Below the pieces are notes generated by a model. It was not told the origin of the DNA, ran no database searches, and saw nothing but the letters and a program-made list of their open reading frames with translations. Made by a program: the position numbers and the translations under genes. 64,000 nt of DNA. It comes from Clostridiales bacterium Firm_11. GTDB taxonomy: Bacteria; Bacillota; Clostridia; Christensenellales; Aristaeellaceae. Of this stretch, positions 36,785 to 46,600 are shown in pieces. The stretch covers positions 25,640-89,639 of the forward strand of contig LVAQ01000011.1 in NCBI GenBank assembly GCA_001604105.1. Direction: 5' to 3'. Each line of letters starts with the position of its first letter. The first letter of the stretch is position 1.

Positions 36785-39067
36785 ATGAACGTAAACCAAC
36801 TCATCGGTCGGTTAAAAGCCGAGCCATCTTTCATGGAGAATGTAACCGCCTGGACGACTCTGCCTGCGCAGGAGGGTCGCTTTTCAGATTTTCCGGCATC
36901 GCTGGATGCTCGCATCCGTACCGTGCTCCAGAATCGGGGGATTCACCGCTTGTATACCCATCAGGCGGAGAGTTTTCAGGCTGCGTCTGCCGGGAGAGAT
37001 TTTGTGGTCGTCACCCCTACGGCCAGCGGGAAGACCATGTGCTATAACTTGCCCGTCTTATCCGCCATCCTTAAAGAACCGGATGCGCGTGCGCTTTACC
37101 TGTTCCCCACCAAGGCGCTATCCGCCGATCAGGCCAGCGAGCTTTATGAGCTTGTGGAAGCGCTTGGGGTCGATGTGAAGGCTTATACCTATGACGGTGA
37201 TACGCAGGGCGCGGCGCGCAAGGCTATCCGCCAAGCGGGGCATATTGTTGTTACCAACCCTGACATGTTGCATAGCAACATCCTTCCCAACCACACCAAG
37301 TGGGTTAAACTATTTGAAAACCTAAAATACATCGTGATTGACGAAATCCATACCTATCGCGGGGTATTTGGCAGCAATTTGGCCAATGTGCTCCGCCGTC
37401 TGCTGCGTTTGTGCGAATTTTACGGCGCAAAGCCACGCTTCATCCTGTGCAGCGCAACCATTGCCAACCCGGACGAGTTAGCTGCCACCCTCACCGGCAG
37501 AGAAATCCTGAAAATTGATAACAATGGTGCGCCGATGGGAGAACGGCACTTTGTGTTCTACAATCCTCCCGTAATCAATCGCCAACTGGGTATCCGCCGC
37601 GGAGTGTTGCCGGAGACGCGCAATATTGCGTCACAGTTTCTGGCCAACGGAATCCCCACCATTGTATTTGCAAAAAGCCGCATCCAGGTTGAAGTGCTTA
37701 CCCGGTATATGAAGGATCAAGCGCGTGATCCCTACGGTTTTAGCGGCAGGGTACGCGGCTATCGCGGCGGTTACCTCGCTACGGAGCGGCGCGCGATTGA
37801 GCACGGGCTGCGCGCTGGTGAAATCGATATGGTCATCTCCACAAACGCCTTAGAGCTGGGTATCGACATTGGATCCCTCACCGCGTGTGTGCTGTGCGGA
37901 TACCCGGGAACCATCGCCAGCACTTGGCAGCAGGCTGGGCGTGCAGGCAGGCGAAAGGACACCGCGCTTACCGTGATGGTTGCTTCCTCCGCCGCCATCG
38001 ATCAGTACATCGTGAACCATCCCGAGTACTTTTTCTCGCAGAATCCAGAACATGCCATGCTGCACCCAAACAACCTCTATGTGCTGCTATCTCACATGAA
38101 ATGCGCTGCCTATGAGCTCCCCTTTGAAGACGGGGAACAATTCGGCAACGTAAAGGATACCGCGCAATTTCTGGATTACCTTGTGGAGTGCGGCATCCTT
38201 CGCCATGTTGGCGGAAAATATCACTGGTCGGCAGAAGATTTCCCAGCCAGTGAGATCAGTCTGCGTTCGGCCACCACTGAAAACTTTGTGATTATTGACA
38301 TCACGAACCCTGCGCATCACCGCGTGATTGGAGAAATGGATCGCTTCACGGTGCCGATGTTATTGCATGAGAACGCGATCTATATGCATGAAGCGCGGCA
38401 GTTTCAGGTGGAAAAATTGGACTTTGATGCCTGCAAAGCGTTTATCCGCGCAGTGGATGTCGATTACTATACCGATGCGGATCTCAACGTAAGCCTTGGC
38501 GTCTTGGACGAACTAAAAACAAAAACACTGAAAAGCAACGTAATTGTTACTCTCGGGGAATTGAAAATCGCGGCCATCGTGAAAATCTTCAAGAAAATGA
38601 AACTGGATACGCATGAGAATCTTGGTTTCGGTCAGGTCATGCTGCCAGAAACCAACATGCATACCATCGGTATGTGGTGGACCGTACCCGAGAGCATTAC
38701 GCGCGCTTACCGCAATGACGCGCTTCAAGGCGCCTTGCTGGGTGTTGCGAATCTGCTGAGCATTGTTTGCCCCATATACCTGATGTGCGCCCCAAGGGAC
38801 ATCAAAGTTGTGTACCAGGTCAAAGCACCGGAGACAGACATGCCCACGCTTTTCCTGTACGACCAGTTTCCTGGCGGCGTGGGGCTGAGTGAGAAAGCGT
38901 ATGAGATGCAGGAGCTGCTTTTGGAGCATGCGCTGCTGGTGCTGAATGCCTGCCCCTGTGAAAACGGATGCCCAAGTTGTGTAGGCTCTATGCATGAGGT
39001 TGGCGAACATGGCAAGTCCGATGCAAAACGCATTCTCAAGGAGCTGATCCAGCCATGCCAAGCCTGA
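36785..39067 (+). CDS. mrfA: DEAD/DEAH-box helicase with C-terminal DUF1998 zinc domain (YprA/MrfA-like)
   Basis: ORF trimmed to ATG 36785. Motif I TPTASGKT, motif II DEIH, and a C-terminal CPCENGCPSCV cysteine cluster. Partnered with a YprB-like gene. Confidence 0.8.
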   Translation: MNVNQLIGRLKAEPSFMENVTAWTTLPAQEGRFSDFPASLDARIRTVLQNRGIHRLYTHQAESFQAASAGRDFVVVTPTASGKTMCYNLPVLSAILKEPDARALYLFPTKALSADQASELYELVEALGVDVKAYTYDGDTQGAARKAIRQAGHIVVTNPDMLHSNILPNHTKWVKLFENLKYIVIDEIHTYRGVFGSNLANVLRRLLRLCEFYGAKPRFILCSATIANPDELAATLTGREILKIDNNGAPMGERHFVFYNPPVINRQLGIRRGVLPETRNIASQFLANGIPTIVFAKSRIQVEVLTRYMKDQARDPYGFSGRVRGYRGGYLATERRAIEHGLRAGEIDMVISTNALELGIDIGSLTACVLCGYPGTIASTWQQAGRAGRRKDTALTVMVASSAAIDQYIVNHPEYFFSQNPEHAMLHPNNLYVLLSHMKCAAYELPFEDGEQFGNVKDTAQFLDYLVECGILRHVGGKYHWSAEDFPASEISLRSATTENFVIIDITNPAHHRVIGEMDRFTVPMLLHENAIYMHEARQFQVEKLDFDACKAFIRAVDVDYYTDADLNVSLGVLDELKTKTLKSNVIVTLGELKIAAIVKIFKKMKLDTHENLGFGQVMLPETNMHTIGMWWTVPESITRAYRNDALQGALLGVANLLSIVCPIYLMCAPRDIKVVYQVKAPETDMPTLFLYDQFPGGVGLSEKAYEMQELLLEHALLVLNACPCENGCPSCVGSMHEVGEHGKSDAKRILKELIQPCQA

Positions 39068-40218
39068 GTGATAAGCTGCGCATGTTTGACAATGGCGCGA
39101 CTCGTCCAGCACCCAAGCGGGATGATACGCCGCAATCTCAGGATTGTTATCATACCAGTAAGCGGTTTCCCCTCGCCTCCTTCAGTGATGTAAGGCATAT
39201 GACCGCTGTGGTGCTCGAGCAAGTGTATGGCATCCCCTTTCCGCGAGATGTGCAGCCAGCGGATGTTTTGTTTCTGGACACAGAAACCACCGGTCTTTCT
39301 GGCGGGGCAGGAACCGTCGCTTTTCAGGTGGGTGCAGGGTACCTTTCAGGTAACCATTTCGTAGTGGAGCAGTTTTTGATGCGGGATTATCCTGAGGAAC
39401 CGTTGCTGCTTGACAAAATCAGCCATCTGATGCGCGCTTTTCCAGTTTTGGCTACCTTTAACGGAAGGACATTCGATGCGCCGCTGCTGCAAAACCGTTT
39501 CTTGATGCATCGTATGCCTGGCCGGTTTATTAGCGATTATCACGCGGATGTGCTGCACGCGGCGCGCCGCGTATGGAAGCTGCGCCTTGGCCGTTGTACA
39601 TTGCAGCGACTGGAAAGCGAAATCCTTGGCGTAACGCGTGATGATGATTTGCCTGGGAGCGATGTGCCTCGCACGTATTTTCAATACTTGCATAATCGTG
39701 ATTTCGCACCGCTGGAACGCGTGCTGGACCATAATCGACAGGATATCGTAAGCCTTGCGCAGCTTTTCTTTTTTCTATGCAAGCTTTTTGATCAGCCCGA
39801 AACGGCGCAGGCGCCCGATGATCTCTTTGCGCTTGCCAAGGCCATGGATAAGCGCGGCGCTTTGGATAAGGCAAAGAAGTGCTACCGCATGGCGGCGCGC
39901 GACACGCACCGCGCACAAGCTTTTCAAGCACTTGCCGTTGGAGAAGTGCGCGCAGGCAATCTGCCCAATGCCATGAAACTGTATACAACCATGCTTGCCC
40001 GAGGGGATGAACCCATCCTCGCTTGCGAAGCGTTGGCAAAACTCTATGAACATAAACTTGCCGACCCTGAGCAGGCAATGGTTTACACAAGGCAAGCTTT
40101 GCTGATGCTCAGTGAACCATCGCTGTGGGAAAGCGATGCTGTACAATTGAAGCGCGATGCGTTACAATACCGTTATGCGCGCCTGCGCCGTAGGCTCATG
40201 AGCGACGCTAACGCATAG
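39055..40218 (+). CDS. mrfB: RNase H-like/DEDD exonuclease-domain protein with helical-repeat C-terminus (YprB/MrfB-like)
   Basis: 387 aa. Overlaps the helicase gene end by 13 nt. LFLDTETTGLSGGAGT...ATFNGRTFDAPLL...HNRQDI exonuclease motifs. Confidence 0.7.
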   Translation: MPSLSDKLRMFDNGATRPAPKRDDTPQSQDCYHTSKRFPLASFSDVRHMTAVVLEQVYGIPFPRDVQPADVLFLDTETTGLSGGAGTVAFQVGAGYLSGNHFVVEQFLMRDYPEEPLLLDKISHLMRAFPVLATFNGRTFDAPLLQNRFLMHRMPGRFISDYHADVLHAARRVWKLRLGRCTLQRLESEILGVTRDDDLPGSDVPRTYFQYLHNRDFAPLERVLDHNRQDIVSLAQLFFFLCKLFDQPETAQAPDDLFALAKAMDKRGALDKAKKCYRMAARDTHRAQAFQALAVGEVRAGNLPNAMKLYTTMLARGDEPILACEALAKLYEHKLADPEQAMVYTRQALLMLSEPSLWESDAVQLKRDALQYRYARLRRRLMSDANA

Positions 40219-40232
40219 GAGGTCGTTATACC

Positions 40233-40922
40233 ATGAACCTGATTGCAACCCTCAAGGCTCGCAGCGCTGCCATCAGCATGAACAAAGGCAAGTATGATGA
40301 AGCGATGAAACAGTACGAGGAGGCCATCGCGGCCGGTTTGAATGAGCCGCGTTATCTGCTCAGCTACTCCGTACTGTTGATCCGTGAAGGTCAGTATACA
40401 AAAGCGCGCGAGCTGCTGGTGCGTCACCAGAAAAACCCGCTCCTCAAAGATGATAGCCGCAGGCAGCTGTATGTTAACTATGCCGTGTGCGTACTCAAGC
40501 TGGGCGAAACGCAAAAAGGCATCGAGCTGCTTGAGCGCCAGCATCAAAAGGAACCCAGCGGTTTGATTTACCAGACGCTTGGTTACCTGTATGTCGAAGT
40601 TGGCGATACGGAAAAGGCGCTGCGTTTCAATGAAGAAGCGCTTGCTTATGATGATGAAGACCCCATTACGCTTGATAATCTTGGTCAAGTATATTATCGC
40701 TTGCTCAATGATCCGGCGACCGCAAAGGACTATTTCCAGCGCGCGATTGCATTAAAACCCGGACAGATCGACACATTGTATTTCCTTGCACAATATGACA
40801 TCCAAGCCGGCGATAAAGAAGCGGCGAAGGAAAAGCTGGAAACTGCGCTCAAAGGACGTTTTTCACCCCTTAATTATGCCACGCGCGATATGGTGCAATC
40901 CATGCTTGAATCGCTTGCTTGA
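40233..40922 (+). CDS. Tetratricopeptide-repeat protein
   Basis: 229 aa with repeated 34-aa TPR-like units (e.g. ALRFNEEALAYDDEDPITLDNLGQVYY, YFQRAIALKPGQIDTLYFLAQY). Confidence 0.75.
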   Translation: MNLIATLKARSAAISMNKGKYDEAMKQYEEAIAAGLNEPRYLLSYSVLLIREGQYTKARELLVRHQKNPLLKDDSRRQLYVNYAVCVLKLGETQKGIELLERQHQKEPSGLIYQTLGYLYVEVGDTEKALRFNEEALAYDDEDPITLDNLGQVYYRLLNDPATAKDYFQRAIALKPGQIDTLYFLAQYDIQAGDKEAAKEKLETALKGRFSPLNYATRDMVQSMLESLA

Positions 40923-40954
40923 GCATTCGATTTTTGCTGTACATGCAAGGGTTT

Positions 40955-40983
40955 ACGCCTCCATACGGGGGCGTTATTTTTTT
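40955..40983 (+). terminator. Rho-independent terminator after the TPR gene
   Basis: acgcctcc / gggggcgt stem with a 4-nt loop and a run of T. Confidence 0.75.
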
Positions 40984-40993
40984 GTAAAGTGTA

Positions 40994-41022
40994 TTGACAT
41001 GGCTTTTGATTTGTGGTTTAAT
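40994..41022 (+). promoter_or_regulatory. Promoter of the XRE-cupin regulator / pot operon
   Basis: -35 TTGACA, 17-bp spacer, extended -10 TGgTTTAAT. Confidence 0.55.
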
Positions 41023-41037
41023 ATTGCCTGCTTCGAA

Positions 41038-41054
41038 GTTTAGCAAAACTAAAC
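41038..41054 (+). promoter_or_regulatory. Inverted repeat (candidate operator) just downstream of the promoter
   Basis: GTTTAG-caaaa-CTAAAC, perfect 6-bp arms. Confidence 0.35.
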
Positions 41055-41094
41055 TACATATCATCGGCATACGCGCTCGGGAGGAGGCAACCGC

Positions 41095-41637
41095 TTGAAA
41101 ATTGGGTTGAAACTGCGAGACCTGCGTCAACAAAAGGGGCTTACCCAAGAAGAGCTGGCCAACCGCTGTGAATTGAGTAAGGGTTTCATCTCGCAGGTGG
41201 AACGTGATTTGGCTTCCCCTTCCATCGCCACGCTTGTCGATATGCTCGAATGCTTAGGAACCAGCCTGCGGACTTTCTTCACCGATCAGGACGCGGAAAA
41301 GATCGCTTTCTCCCCTGCTGATATGTTTGAAAAGCCGGATGATGAAGAAAAACATGGCAAGATCACCTGGTTAATCCCCACGGCGCAGAAGAACAGTATG
41401 GAGCCGATTTTGCTTGAACTGGACGTGGGCGGCGAAACCACTTTGCTTCCGCCGCATGAAGGTGAAGAATTTGGCTATGTGCTTACCGGACGCATCACAT
41501 TATGCATCGGAAAGCGATCCCACGTCATCAAAACAGGCGGAAGCTTCTGCCTGCATCCTTTCGCAACGCATTCCCTTCGCAACAGCGGAAAAACCCGGGC
41601 AAAGGTGCTTTGGGTCAGCACGCCGCCCAGCTTCTAA
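41095..41637 (+). CDS. XRE-family HTH + cupin domain regulator (PuuR-like)
   Basis: 180 aa with a TTG start after GGGAGGAGG. LRDLRQQKGLTQEELANRCELSKGFISQVERD HTH and a C-terminal cupin (HEGEEFGYVLTG). Confidence 0.85.
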   Translation: MKIGLKLRDLRQQKGLTQEELANRCELSKGFISQVERDLASPSIATLVDMLECLGTSLRTFFTDQDAEKIAFSPADMFEKPDDEEKHGKITWLIPTAQKNSMEPILLELDVGGETTLLPPHEGEEFGYVLTGRITLCIGKRSHVIKTGGSFCLHPFATHSLRNSGKTRAKVLWVSTPPSF

Positions 41638-41682
41638 GGTCTTTGATATCCATGCTATCAAACATAAAGGAGCATACGCCCG

Positions 41683-42777
41683 ATGGTTGAAAAAGAACAT
41701 CTGATTGATTTACAGCATATCTGCAAGGAGTACGATGACACAGCAGTACTCACGGATATCAATCTCTATATCCGCAAGAAAGAGTTTGTGACATTGCTGG
41801 GCCCCAGCGGCTGTGGTAAGACCACCACGCTACGGATCATCGGCGGGTTTGAATACCCTACCAGCGGTACGCTTCTGTTTGAAGGCAAAGATATCGGCGC
41901 CCTGCCGCCTTATAAGCGAAAGGTCAATACAATCTTCCAGAAGTATGCGTTGTTTCCCCATCTGAATGTATTTGATAATATTGCCTTTGGGCAGAAAATC
42001 GCAAAAGTGCCAACCAAAGAAATCAACATTCGCGTAGAGAAGATGCTGGAGTTGGTAAACCTGCGAGGTTACGGCAAGCGAAGTGTGGATCAGCTTTCCG
42101 GTGGGCAGCAGCAACGCGTGGCGATCGCGCGGGCGCTGGTCAATGAACCGCAAGTGCTTTTGCTGGATGAGCCTTTGGGTGCGTTGGATTTAAAACTGCG
42201 CAAAGATATGCAGCTGGAACTCAAACGGATGCAACAGGCATTGGGTATCACCTTCTTGTATGTGACCCATGATCAGGAGGAAGCGCTCACCATGAGCGAT
42301 ACCGTTGTGGTCATGAGTGATGGACGTATTTTGCAAATCGGGGATCCGAAAAGTGTCTATGATGAACCCGCTAATGCTTTTGTGGCAGATTTTATTGGCG
42401 AGAGCAACATCATGCGCGGTATGATGCTGCAAGATGAACTCGTTCGTTTTTCCGGCGCAAATTTCCCTTGCGTGGACGCAGGCTTTGGCGAAAACCAACC
42501 GGTAGACGTTGTGGTACGCCCTGAAGACATTATGATTGTAGGCAATGACATCGGGCAAATCACAGGCATCGTACAGAGTGTTCTTTTTAAGGGCGTTCAC
42601 TACGAAATGATGATCGATACGGGTGAAACGATATTTAAGGTACATTCCACCGTAATGCAGGCGCAGGGCTCAAACGTAGGACTTTCCATCGTACCTTACA
42701 ATATTCACATCATGAAGCCAATGCTTCGCCCCGTTTTGCCGTCAGAGGGAGAGGGAGAGGAAGAGGAAGCGCTATGA
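41683..42777 (+). CDS. potA: Spermidine/putrescine ABC transporter ATP-binding protein
   Basis: Walker A GPSGCGKTT, signature LSGGQQQRV, and a TOBE-like C-terminus. Confidence 0.9.
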   Translation: MVEKEHLIDLQHICKEYDDTAVLTDINLYIRKKEFVTLLGPSGCGKTTTLRIIGGFEYPTSGTLLFEGKDIGALPPYKRKVNTIFQKYALFPHLNVFDNIAFGQKIAKVPTKEINIRVEKMLELVNLRGYGKRSVDQLSGGQQQRVAIARALVNEPQVLLLDEPLGALDLKLRKDMQLELKRMQQALGITFLYVTHDQEEALTMSDTVVVMSDGRILQIGDPKSVYDEPANAFVADFIGESNIMRGMMLQDELVRFSGANFPCVDAGFGENQPVDVVVRPEDIMIVGNDIGQITGIVQSVLFKGVHYEMMIDTGETIFKVHSTVMQAQGSNVGLSIVPYNIHIMKPMLRPVLPSEGEGEEEEAL

Positions 42778-43763
42778 ATCAAAGCTTGTCTCTTCCGTCC
42801 TGGATGCTATGGCTGTTGGGCTTATTTCTTCTTGGGTTTGTTTTGCTTGCTGTCTATTCCGTCAAGCGTACCAACGGCATCAGACGTTCCTTTTTTGCAT
42901 CCCCCTATACGCTTTGGATGGTGCTTTTCACCATTGTGCCCTGTGTGCTGATCGCCTATTATGCGCTAACCGATGCAAACGGCGCGTTCACCCTGGACAA
43001 TTTCAGGAACTTCTGGGATAGCAATTATTCTGTCAATCAGCTATACACGCAGATGGGGCCGGAGTATGAAGTGCTGATTCAGCGAGGCACCGTTAACATT
43101 GGCATCCTGGTTTACTCACTTTGGATGGCGTTGCTATGCACAATCATCTGCCTAGTGCTGGGTTACCCTGCGGCTTACTTCATGGCGGATCGCAATATCA
43201 AGATTGGCTCCATCCTTGTGGTATTGTTCATCATCCCCATGTGGATGAATTTCCTGCTGCGCACCATTGCATGGATGACGCTTCTGGAAGATCAGGGGCT
43301 GATCAATACGCTGCTGAAAAGCTTGGGATTCCATTCCGTACAGCTGATGTATAACGACCGTGCGGTGTTGCTGGGCATGGTGTATAACTTTCTACCCTTT
43401 ATGGTATTCCCGATTTATACCTCCCTTACCAAGATGGACAGCAAACTGCTGGAAGCAGCACAGGATTTGGGGGCGAACCATCTGCACACCTTTTGGCGTG
43501 TGACGGCGCCGCTGAGCCTGCCGGGCGTCATCTCCGGCATCACAATGGTGTTTATGCCTTCCGTCACAACGTTTTTTATCCCACGTATTTTGGGAGGCGG
43601 AAACACCATGATGTTTGGTGATTTGATTGAAAACCGCTTCCTGACTGAAGGCAACTGGAATCTTGGCAGTGCGCTGAGCCTGATCATGATGGTGCTAATC
43701 CTCATCAGCCTGAGCGTTCTTCGCAAAGCGGATCCAGAGGGTGAAGGCGGTGGTATGATATGA
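42774..43763 (+). CDS. potB: Spermidine/putrescine ABC transporter permease
   Basis: 329 aa, multi-TM. EAAQDLGAN permease loop. ATGA-type overlaps with both neighbours. Confidence 0.85.
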   Translation: MNQSLSLPSWMLWLLGLFLLGFVLLAVYSVKRTNGIRRSFFASPYTLWMVLFTIVPCVLIAYYALTDANGAFTLDNFRNFWDSNYSVNQLYTQMGPEYEVLIQRGTVNIGILVYSLWMALLCTIICLVLGYPAAYFMADRNIKIGSILVVLFIIPMWMNFLLRTIAWMTLLEDQGLINTLLKSLGFHSVQLMYNDRAVLLGMVYNFLPFMVFPIYTSLTKMDSKLLEAAQDLGANHLHTFWRVTAPLSLPGVISGITMVFMPSVTTFFIPRILGGGNTMMFGDLIENRFLTEGNWNLGSALSLIMMVLILISLSVLRKADPEGEGGGMI

Positions 43764-44536
43764 GAAAGCTTGTCAAGCGCGGATACCTTGCGCTCATCCT
43801 GTTGTTTTTGTACATACCCATCATCGTGCTGATTCTGCAAAGCTTCAACGCAGGGAAGAGCCGCGCAAAATGGGAAGGCTTTTCCTTGCAATGGTATAGT
43901 GAGCTGTTCAAGGATCAAGCCATTATGAAGGCTCTGTATGTCACACTTTCCATCGCTGTCATCGCGGCCATCGCCGCTACCGTGCTGGGTACGCTGGCGG
44001 CCATCGGCATTCATGCCATGCGCAAACGCCCGCAAGCCGTCATGATGACCATGACAAACCTGCCCATGACCATGCCGGATATTGTGACCGGCATCTCGCT
44101 GATGATCCTTTTCACCTTCAGCAAAATCGAACGCGGCTATATCACCATGCTGCTTGCGCACATCACATTCAATACGCCCTATGTCATTTTATCCGTGCTG
44201 CCCAAGCTTAAGCAGATGAACAAGCATACGTACGAAGCTGCGCTGGATTTGGGCGCGTCCCCATCCTATGCGCTCGTGCACGTGATTCTGCCCGAAATCA
44301 GCCCCGGCGTGATAACGGGACTCTTGCTTGCCTTTACCCTATCGCTGGACGATTTTGTAATCAGCTATTTCACCACAAGCCCGATGGTGCAAAACCTTTC
44401 CACGCTCATTTATTCCAAAGCGAGGATCGGCATTGAACCAACGCTTAACGCGCTGAGCGCGTTGATGTTCCTTGCGCTGCTGGTTTTACTCCTGATTGTA
44501 AACCGTCGCGCCTCTAACCCCGCGAAAGCTCGATGA
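43760..44536 (+). CDS. potC: Spermidine/putrescine ABC transporter permease
   Basis: 258 aa. EAALDLGASP permease loop. Confidence 0.85.
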   Translation: MRKLVKRGYLALILLFLYIPIIVLILQSFNAGKSRAKWEGFSLQWYSELFKDQAIMKALYVTLSIAVIAAIAATVLGTLAAIGIHAMRKRPQAVMMTMTNLPMTMPDIVTGISLMILFTFSKIERGYITMLLAHITFNTPYVILSVLPKLKQMNKHTYEAALDLGASPSYALVHVILPEISPGVITGLLLAFTLSLDDFVISYFTTSPMVQNLSTLIYSKARIGIEPTLNALSALMFLALLVLLLIVNRRASNPAKAR

Positions 44537-44584
44537 AAACGCATTGGCGTTTATCATAATCATGTGAATAAGGAGGATCGGACT

Positions 44585-45622
44585 ATGCGCAATCGATTAA
44601 TCTGTACGCTTCTTCTCCTGCTGGTGATGGTTTTGCCGTCTGCCGGCCTGGCCGAGGGTGTTGTGAACGTTTTTAACTGGGAAGACTACATCAGCCAGGA
44701 CGCATTGGATCTGTTTACAGAGGAAACCGGAATCACCGTCAACTATATGAATTTTACCACCAATGAGGATATGCTGGTAAAGGTGCGCAACTCACCTTCT
44801 TCCTTTGATGTGGTTTTCCCATCGGATTATTGCATCGAACGCATGATCCATGAAGATTTGCTCTCGCCGATCGACTTTGCCAACGTGCCCAACCTGCAGT
44901 ATATTGACCATAACTTGCTCAATCCCAGCTATGACCCTACAGGAGAATACAGCGTCCCCTATATGTGGGGTACCGTTGGCATTCTCTACAATACGACCTT
45001 GGTAGCATCGCCCGTAACCAGCTGGAGTGTTTTGTTTGACCAGCAGTACCAAAATAATGTATTCATGATGGATTCCATCCGGGATTGCCTTGGCGTAGCG
45101 CTCAAGTACCTTGGCTATTCCATGAATACCCGCGATCCACTGGAGCTAAACGCCGCCAAGGATTTGCTGATCAAGCAAAAGAAGGATGGCATTGTTAAAG
45201 CCTATCAGGTAGATGAAACCAAGGATAAAATGGTGGCCGGAGAGGCAGCCCTTGCGCTGGTTTGGAGCGGCGATGCGCAGTATGCCATTGACCTTAACCC
45301 AGATTTGGCCTATGTGGTGCCGGATGAAGGCAGCAACATTTGGGTGGATGGCATGGTGATTCCCAAAGCTGCTAAAAACAAGGCTAACGCGGAGTTGTTC
45401 ATCGATTTCATGAGCCGTCCTGATGTCGCGCAGATGAACTGTAACGAAATCTGGTATTCCACGCCAAACGTAGCTGCCATTGAGCTGATGGGCGATGAAT
45501 ATCGCGATAACCTCACCATGAACCCCACACAGGAAATTGTGGATCGCTGCGAGTTCTTCTTGGATATTCAGGATTTCATTCAAATCTATAACACCATGTG
45601 GCTTGAGATCAAGAGCGCTTAG
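44585..45622 (+). CDS. potD: Spermidine/putrescine-binding lipoprotein/periplasmic protein
   Basis: ORF trimmed to ATG 44585 after AAGGAGG. Signal peptide. VNVFNWEDYI...PYMWGTVGILYN PotD-type motifs. Confidence 0.88.
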   Translation: MRNRLICTLLLLLVMVLPSAGLAEGVVNVFNWEDYISQDALDLFTEETGITVNYMNFTTNEDMLVKVRNSPSSFDVVFPSDYCIERMIHEDLLSPIDFANVPNLQYIDHNLLNPSYDPTGEYSVPYMWGTVGILYNTTLVASPVTSWSVLFDQQYQNNVFMMDSIRDCLGVALKYLGYSMNTRDPLELNAAKDLLIKQKKDGIVKAYQVDETKDKMVAGEAALALVWSGDAQYAIDLNPDLAYVVPDEGSNIWVDGMVIPKAAKNKANAELFIDFMSRPDVAQMNCNEIWYSTPNVAAIELMGDEYRDNLTMNPTQEIVDRCEFFLDIQDFIQIYNTMWLEIKSA

Positions 45623-45657
45623 TTACACCCATGACCATCGTGCGTAATCCATTATCA

Positions 45658-45690
45658 ACCCCGCAATGGTTAAGCCGTTGCGGGGTATTT
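45658..45690 (+). terminator. Terminator after potD
   Basis: 9-bp stem accccgcaa / ttgcggggt followed by attt. Confidence 0.55.
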
Positions 45691-45773
45691 CATGGGGCTG
45701 CTGGAAGCCGGCAGGATATACGGGCATCCAAAGCGAATACAAATTCATTTCGTTTATGGCAAGGACGGTGCTT

Positions 45774-46502
45774 ATGAAGCAGATGCCGATGATTGGTGTA
45801 ACCTGTAGCCTGGAAGACGGTGAACAACGGCAGTTTATCAACAGCAATTACCTGAAAGCCCTCCATCAGGTGGGAATCATCCCAGTGGTGTTGAGCCTTT
45901 CGCTTAATGGCTCGGAGACATCGGTCTGCCTTGACCGTTTGGACGGGCTTATGCTGTCAGGGGGCAATGACGTTGACCCCATGCTTTTTGGGGAAGCGCC
46001 CATCCCCGGCCTTGGATCTGTTAGCCCAAAACGCGATAGGCACGAAATGGCTTTGATCCTTGAAGCCTATCGGCGTAACATGCCCATTCTTGCCATCTGT
46101 CGTGGGATCCAGTCGCTCAATGTTGCCTTGGGCGGAACCCTGTATCAGGATCTGCCCACCCAGTACAGCGTTGACAATGAATCTCCGCCGATGTTACACA
46201 CGCAGACTGCGCTTGGCCGCTACGCCTCTCACCGGGTTTCGCTTTCAGAAAATAGTCCCTTACGCATGATGTATGCTTGTGAGCAACTGGCAGTAAACTC
46301 CTTCCACCATCAGGCTGTCAAAGAGGTTGCGCCGCAGCTAACCGTATGTGCCCGCGCGAGTGATGACGTCATTGAAGCAGTATATGACGCGGATAAGCCC
46401 TTTGTAGTAGGTGTGCAATGGCATCCGGAGCGGATGGCGGAGGGCAAGCCGCTGTTTGAGGCATTCGCAAAAGCGTGTATGGAATATGCAACCAGGCGCT
46501 AA
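45774..46502 (+). CDS. Class-I glutamine amidotransferase-like peptidase C26 (gamma-glutamyl-GABA hydrolase, PuuD-like)
   Basis: ORF trimmed to ATG 45774. MPILAICRGIQSLNVALGGTLYQDL (nucleophile Cys) and FHHQAV...VQWHPE. Confidence 0.85.
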   Translation: MKQMPMIGVTCSLEDGEQRQFINSNYLKALHQVGIIPVVLSLSLNGSETSVCLDRLDGLMLSGGNDVDPMLFGEAPIPGLGSVSPKRDRHEMALILEAYRRNMPILAICRGIQSLNVALGGTLYQDLPTQYSVDNESPPMLHTQTALGRYASHRVSLSENSPLRMMYACEQLAVNSFHHQAVKEVAPQLTVCARASDDVIEAVYDADKPFVVGVQWHPERMAEGKPLFEAFAKACMEYATRR

Positions 46503-46600
46503 ACGCACACATGGATAACGCTGTAAAGCGTTCATAAGATGATTGCACTCCGCTTTGTTGAAGCGCCTATAGGAACAACAAATACATACTTCTCATAAGG

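Noticed and set aside
36785-39067. DUF1998 helicase as part of a phage-defence system (Druantia/DISARM-like).
   Set aside because: Its size and motifs fit the YprA/MrfA repair helicase. Its partner is a YprB/MrfB-type exonuclease. No methylase, PLD or other defence genes are adjacent, and the context is the housekeeping clpC operon.
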